Of a stretch of DNA of 11,942 nucleotides, positions 7,837 to 11,942 are shown in pieces. The stretch is taken from NCBI GenBank assembly GCA_043810635.1, contig JBDRNY010000059.1:1-11942 (forward strand), given 5' to 3'. The notes beneath the pieces are model-generated. The model did no database searches and had not been told where the DNA came from. It saw only the letters and a list, made by a program, of their open reading frames with translations. A program made the translations under genes and the position numbers. Origin of the DNA: Candidatus Micrarchaeota archaeon (GTDB lineage: Archaea > Micrarchaeota > Micrarchaeia > Anstonellales > Anstonellaceae). How positions within the stretch are numbered: the first letter of the stretch is position 1; each line of letters opens with the position of its first letter.

Positions 7837-9568
7837 TCAATTTTTTCACTTCTTTCACAATATCTTCCGCTTCAAACGGCCTTGCATCATATTTCAAATA
7901 CTTGTTTTCAATCAATATGCCCGTCTTCTCCCTTATCAAATTTCTCATCTGCCCCTCTGAATTGCATTCACATATCATTGCTTTTGAAGCCGCCTGCAAT
8001 GCCTGCTTTATAGTATCTGAAGCAAAAGGAGAAGCATATTTTATGTGCATAAACCTGATGCTAATATTTTCTTTTTCCAATAATTTCATTGCTTCCAGCA
8101 CCACTCCCTTAGTAGAACCCCATGAAACCAAAAGAAATGTTGATTTTGCATTTCCATAAAAAGCCGGCTGATACAAATTCGGATTAATAGATTTCATTTT
8201 CCTTGCCCTTTTGTTTATTTGCGCAATTCTATTCTCCCCGCTTTCATCAGTATAGCCTGTTTCATCATGCTCATAAGAAGATGCAACATAAATACCATTT
8301 CTCTGCCCCGGCAAACACCTAGGAGAAATGCCGCTTTTTGTCAGTTTATGCCTTTTGAAATTTTTCGCCCCTTCCATTTGCTCATCACTCAGCAGTTTCC
8401 CCCTTTTTACATGCATTGCTTTCATATCAAAATATTCCACCACTTGCGAAGATTCGCCCAAATACTTATCCAGCAACATAATTGCAGGAGTTTGCACCAA
8501 TTCAGCCATATTGAAAACATTAAATGTTTCATAAAACGCCTCTTCCACATCTCCTGGCATGCACAAAATTCTTGGAAATTCCCCTTGTGATGCATGCAGC
8601 ATAAATTGCAAATCCCCCTGCTCAGTATATGTGGGTATTCCTGTGGAAGGGCCTGCCCTTTGCACATTTACAATTACGCACGGAATTTCCGCAATTCCCC
8701 CGTTTCCAAGTGCTTCAGTCATCAAAGAAAATCCTCCTCCTGAAGTTGCAGTCATTGCCCTAACTCCTGCAAACCCTGCGCCGAGCAAATAATTTATTGC
8801 AGCAATTTCATCTTCAGTATGCTTTACAACAATATCATATTTTACTGCATGGGCAGCCATCCAATGCAAAATTGAAGAAGAAGGGCTCATAGGATATTCT
8901 GCTATCAACTTCACTCCTGCTTTCATTGCCCCGATGCAAACAGCATCATTTCCATTTAAAAATAAAGTTTTCCCATTTTTCCTTGGCTTTATTTCAATAT
9001 CAAAAGGGGTTTTTTGTATAGATTTTACAAATTCAAACCCTTTTCTTGCAGCTTCCATATTTTTCTCAATTACTTCCTCCCCCTTTTTCCCAAAAGTCTC
9101 GCCTATCAATTCATACAGCACTTGCGGCTCCACTCCGAGAATTGCGATTATTGCGCCCATTGCCGCCTGGTTGAAATATATCTCCCCCCCCGCTTCATGC
9201 GCAATTTTTGAAAGCGGCACAGGAAAAAACCTGATATCTTTTCTTTTAATTTTTATTTCCTCCCCTTTCACTTTCTCGCTGTCATATACAACCACTCCTC
9301 TTTCTTCCATTTCCTCATAATGCTCCTCAATGCTCCTTTTATCCAGCGCTACCAAAATATCCACTTTTCCGTGCAATGCCCATATTTTCTCATCACTCAC
9401 CCTTACTGTAATTGTGTTGTGCCCTCCCCTTATCAGTGAGGGGTATTCATTTTCCATAAAAGCAAACAAGCCGTTCCTCTGCCCTATTTTTGCAAACATC
9501 TCTCCCATAGTGGCAATGCCTGTGCCGGCTTCTCCGCCTGCCTTGAAAGTAAAATTATTGGTTTTCAT
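7826..9568 (-). CDS. korA: 2-oxoacid:ferredoxin oxidoreductase, alpha subunit (gamma-alpha fusion)
   Basis: GGEAGTGI, YPSLIRGGHN, YPMSPSS, EDEIAA, TATSGGG, QRAGPSTGIPT, WGST. Start placed at ATG 9568 (MKTNN); the ORF track starts 6 codons earlier at 9586. Confidence 0.95.
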   Translation of the reverse strand: MKTNNFTFKAGGEAGTGIATMGEMFAKIGQRNGLFAFMENEYPSLIRGGHNTITVRVSDEKIWALHGKVDILVALDKRSIEEHYEEMEERGVVVYDSEKVKGEEIKIKRKDIRFFPVPLSKIAHEAGGEIYFNQAAMGAIIAILGVEPQVLYELIGETFGKKGEEVIEKNMEAARKGFEFVKSIQKTPFDIEIKPRKNGKTLFLNGNDAVCIGAMKAGVKLIAEYPMSPSSSILHWMAAHAVKYDIVVKHTEDEIAAINYLLGAGFAGVRAMTATSGGGFSLMTEALGNGGIAEIPCVIVNVQRAGPSTGIPTYTEQGDLQFMLHASQGEFPRILCMPGDVEEAFYETFNVFNMAELVQTPAIMLLDKYLGESSQVVEYFDMKAMHVKRGKLLSDEQMEGAKNFKRHKLTKSGISPRCLPGQRNGIYVASSYEHDETGYTDESGENRIAQINKRARKMKSINPNLYQPAFYGNAKSTFLLVSWGSTKGVVLEAMKLLEKENISIRFMHIKYASPFASDTIKQALQAASKAMICECNSEGQMRNLIREKTGILIENKYLKYDARPFEAEDIVKEVKKLIGK

Positions 9569-9656
9569 AATATGCCCATCCATCAAACTGCATGCTCACA
9601 AATTGCTTTAAGCTTAATAAAACTTCTTTCCGCCCGCACCTGTTTTTCGTCAATTA

Positions 9657-10556
9657 TCAGTGCGTATGCCCGTGATGCCTATGCATAAACGGCAGCCTGT
9701 AATGCTTTGCAACAGCATAAAGTATAATGCCCGAGCCTATCAAAAGAAGTGCAGCAGACCACCAGCTTTCAGAAATAACCTCCCCTACCACAACCACTGC
9801 AAACACTGTGGCAACAATTGAAATTCCGATTCTCATTCCCAATTCTGTCAAGTGCGCCCCGATCTTAAGCATTGCATTGTCATATGCCCAATAGCTTATT
9901 GCAGTTGTTATTGCAAGCAGTGCAAGCCATGGCCATGCTGCCCAATCCAGTATTTGCATATATGATTGCGTAAAAATTACCCATATTGCAATCGCAACCG
10001 TTCCAAACAAAAACGGATAGACAAGCACTTCAGATACCGGCGCATCATGCTCTGTATTTCTTATAAGAAGTGCCGAAGCCGCCCCGCATATCATTGCCAA
10101 AGTCGCAAGCGAAAGCCCTTTCTGTGTTTCCAAATCATCCCCTGTAGGATTCCACAGCATATACAGGCCTGCCAATGCCAAAAGGGCCGCAATAATCGAA
10201 TATTTGCTTACTTTTTCCCCCAACACTGTTCCCGCCAAAAAAAGCACAATAATCGGGTCAATAAATCCTATCAATTTCACCTCTGAAATATTTGCATGCA
10301 TAAAAGCTTCCAAATAAAATGTAAAAGCAACAGCAAGCAATAAGCCAATAAGCACAAATTCAATCCAAACTTTTTTGCTTTTCACCGGCTTCATTCCCTT
10401 CCTGAAAAAAACAAGCACAAATATCAGGGCCGCCCCGCCCATCCTTGCAAGCGCAACAACATCTGACGGAAAGCTTTCAGCCATCACCCTTAATGTGCCT
10501 ACTAATGCAAATCCAATTATCCCTAGTACAAACAATAGCCATGCGCGCATACTCAT
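9657..10556 (-). CDS. DMT/EamA family transporter with His-rich C-terminal tail
   Basis: About 10 TM helices in two repeats (LGEKV / VGEVI ends), early ALARM motif, tail MHRHHGHTH. First ATG at 10556. Confidence 0.85.
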   Translation of the reverse strand: MSMRAWLLFVLGIIGFALVGTLRVMAESFPSDVVALARMGGAALIFVLVFFRKGMKPVKSKKVWIEFVLIGLLLAVAFTFYLEAFMHANISEVKLIGFIDPIIVLFLAGTVLGEKVSKYSIIAALLALAGLYMLWNPTGDDLETQKGLSLATLAMICGAASALLIRNTEHDAPVSEVLVYPFLFGTVAIAIWVIFTQSYMQILDWAAWPWLALLAITTAISYWAYDNAMLKIGAHLTELGMRIGISIVATVFAVVVVGEVISESWWSAALLLIGSGIILYAVAKHYRLPFMHRHHGHTH

Positions 10557-10593
10557 CTTCAAAAGCAACAATGCATAAAAAGCTGATGTAATT

Positions 10594-10772
10594 TGCGCCT
10601 ACCGGGATTCGAACCCGGGTCTCGAGCTTTTTCCGAATTTTTTGGTGTCCTACAAAGCGCTTTGCGCTTTGGGATCCCAATGCCCGAAGGGCATTGTAGG
10701 AAAGCTTTTTGCCGCCAAAAGCGGGAAAAAGGTTCTTGGGAAGCTCGCATCCTGCCACTGGACTATAAGCGC
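10594..10772 (-). tRNA. tRNA-Gly(CCC) with a 108-nt intron at canonical position 37/38
   Basis: Acceptor GCGCTTA/TAGGCGC, discriminator A, no encoded CCA. D arm GTCC-AGTGGCA-GGAT. Anticodon stem CGAGC/GCTCG with TT-CCC-A. T arm CCGGG-TTCGAAT-CCCGG. Exons 10772-10737 and 10628-10594. Confidence 0.97.
10629..10736 (-). other. tRNA intron with a canonical bulge-helix-bulge splice motif
   Basis: Central 4-bp helix UUCC/GGAA, 3-nt bulges CAA and AAA, outer helix GAA/UUC. Confidence 0.92.
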
Positions 10773-10807
10773 ACAAAAACTATTTTGCATAATACTGTTT
10801 TTTACTT

Positions 10808-10870
10808 TATCAGCGGTGTTTTTTCCTCATCTGCCACAGAGGGCATCAGCCAGTCAAACAATCATCATCT
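10808..10870 (-). ncRNA. Box C/D sRNA upstream of tRNA-Gly
   Basis: Minus strand: C box ATGATGA (10868-10862); 12-nt guide TTGTTTGACTGG; D' CTGA (10849-10846); internal hairpin TGCC...GGCA; C' ATGAGGA (10830-10824); 10-nt guide AAAAACACCG; D box CTGA (10813-10810). Confidence 0.88.
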
Positions 10871-10916
10871 TAATTATTATTTAATCTAAAAGCCTAAAAG
10901 AAGCAGAGTCTGGTTC

Positions 10917-11846
10917 TCAAATTGCCAAAATTTGCGAAAGCAAAAATACAATCCCAAACCCTGCAATAAGCGCCACCCCAGCAATTCTTTCCATTCCCCC
11001 CCTGAATGCATCAGGCAATAATTCCACAAGTATCACATATGCCATCGCGCCTGCGGAAAGGGAAAGCGCCAGCGGCACAAGCGGAGTAAGCGCGCTCAAA
11101 AATAAAAATCCGAGAATTGCCGCAATTGCTTCCACCACCCCCGACAAAATTCCAAAACCAAGCGCAGGCTTATTTCTCATTCCATAGCATGCAAGAGGGG
11201 CGGAAACAAGCAGCCCTTCAGGAATATCTTGTATTGCAATTGATGTTGCAACAAGCCATCCAAGCGCAGGAGAGCTTGCAAAAGCAAACCCGACAGCCAA
11301 CCCTTCAGGCACATTATGCAAAATAATCGCACCTGCCAAAAGAACTGATTTTTTCTCACAATCTTTCATATCTTTTCCATGCCCCCTGCCTTTTCCATAC
11401 CTGCCTTCGCCATTTTGCATTCCATCAATATGCCCGCCATCTCTCATCGGCATATTTCGCATGCCTCTCCCGTACCCCGCTCCTTTTTTCATCGCTTCCG
11501 CATTTCTCCCGTGCCTATGCTTCATTCCTTCATGCCGCCCAGCCCTACCCCCGTGCCTCATCCCTCCAAACCTCATAATTTTTGTATGCATGTGCGGAAT
11601 AAACTTTTCAAGAATTAGTATTGCAGCAATTCCAAGCAAAAATCCCAATGCAGCATCATTCAAAGAATAGTGGCTTGCTTCTGAAACCATTTCTATAACA
11701 GAAAAGCCCATCACTCCCGCGGCAAAAGCAAGCAAAACAGAATAAATCTTCCTTGTTATTTTTTTTATCAGCAGCACTATGGCCGCACCTAATGAAGTTG
11801 CAAAAAATATCAGCACAGCCCCTAAAATAGGGTCAATCATTTGCAT
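10917..11846 (-). CDS. ZIP (GufA/ZupT-like) divalent metal transporter with an expanded Gly/Met/His/Arg-rich loop
   Basis: FAAGVM, TM4 LHNVPEGLAVG, TM5 IQDIPEG, SGVVE, AGAMAYV...ELLP; 8-TM pattern. Confidence 0.93.
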   Translation of the reverse strand: MQMIDPILGAVLIFFATSLGAAIVLLIKKITRKIYSVLLAFAAGVMGFSVIEMVSEASHYSLNDAALGFLLGIAAILILEKFIPHMHTKIMRFGGMRHGGRAGRHEGMKHRHGRNAEAMKKGAGYGRGMRNMPMRDGGHIDGMQNGEGRYGKGRGHGKDMKDCEKKSVLLAGAIILHNVPEGLAVGFAFASSPALGWLVATSIAIQDIPEGLLVSAPLACYGMRNKPALGFGILSGVVEAIAAILGFLFLSALTPLVPLALSLSAGAMAYVILVELLPDAFRGGMERIAGVALIAGFGIVFLLSQILAI

Positions 11847-11942
11847 AGCAAATAAATTAAGCTCACAAATATAAAAATGTTTGGGATATAAAACTCCTGC
11901 CCTTCAGCCAAAAACTCTCTTTTTCCCCTCATGCAATAAAAT

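Noticed and set aside
7665..9611. Multiple plus-strand ORFs of 65-164 aa opposite korAB (and similar antisense ORFs elsewhere)
   Set aside because: Antisense shadows of well-supported genes, with no recognisable motifs.
10850..10859. The second sRNA's guide contains GUUUGACUGG, identical in sense to the 23S sequence just before the P-loop
   Set aside because: A guide must be antisense, and the opposite strand has no C/D boxes. Treated as a chance 10-nt match.
10477..10889. Four short ORFs in the ORF track (both strands)
   Set aside because: They overlap the tRNA-Gly gene and the C/D sRNA and have no protein-like features.
1..11942. DGR template repeat, reverse transcriptase, CRISPR array, transposase or integrase
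   Set aside because: By eye I found no AAC-rich second copy of the VR, no RT motifs, no regularly spaced repeats and no mobile-element ORF in this window.

Overview
AT-rich archaeal window. The BHB-type tRNA intron, box C/D sRNAs, TATA-like promoters and GGTG Shine-Dalgarno sites support this; a DPANN/Micrarchaeota-like origin is only inferred. From left to right it holds a serine-metabolism cluster (5'-truncated class V aminotransferase, serA, serS, SerK-like ParB-fold kinase), two membrane proteins, a short tRNA-dihydrouridine synthase, 2-oxoacid:ferredoxin oxidoreductase beta/alpha, an EamA transporter, an intron-containing tRNA-Gly(CCC) and a ZIP metal transporter. Four elements are not explained by the ORF track. 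(1) A gene between the aminotransferase and serA carries the signature of a diversity-generating retroelement (DGR) target: a run of NNC codons, a downstream GC hairpin and an apparently premature amber stop. No template repeat or RT is present in the window. (2) A double-guide box C/D sRNA at about 6146-6207 is predicted to target the 23S rRNA G2251 (P-loop) and U2438 equivalents. (3) A second box C/D sRNA lies just upstream of tRNA-Gly. (4) The tRNA carries a 108-nt intron made of nested hairpins.
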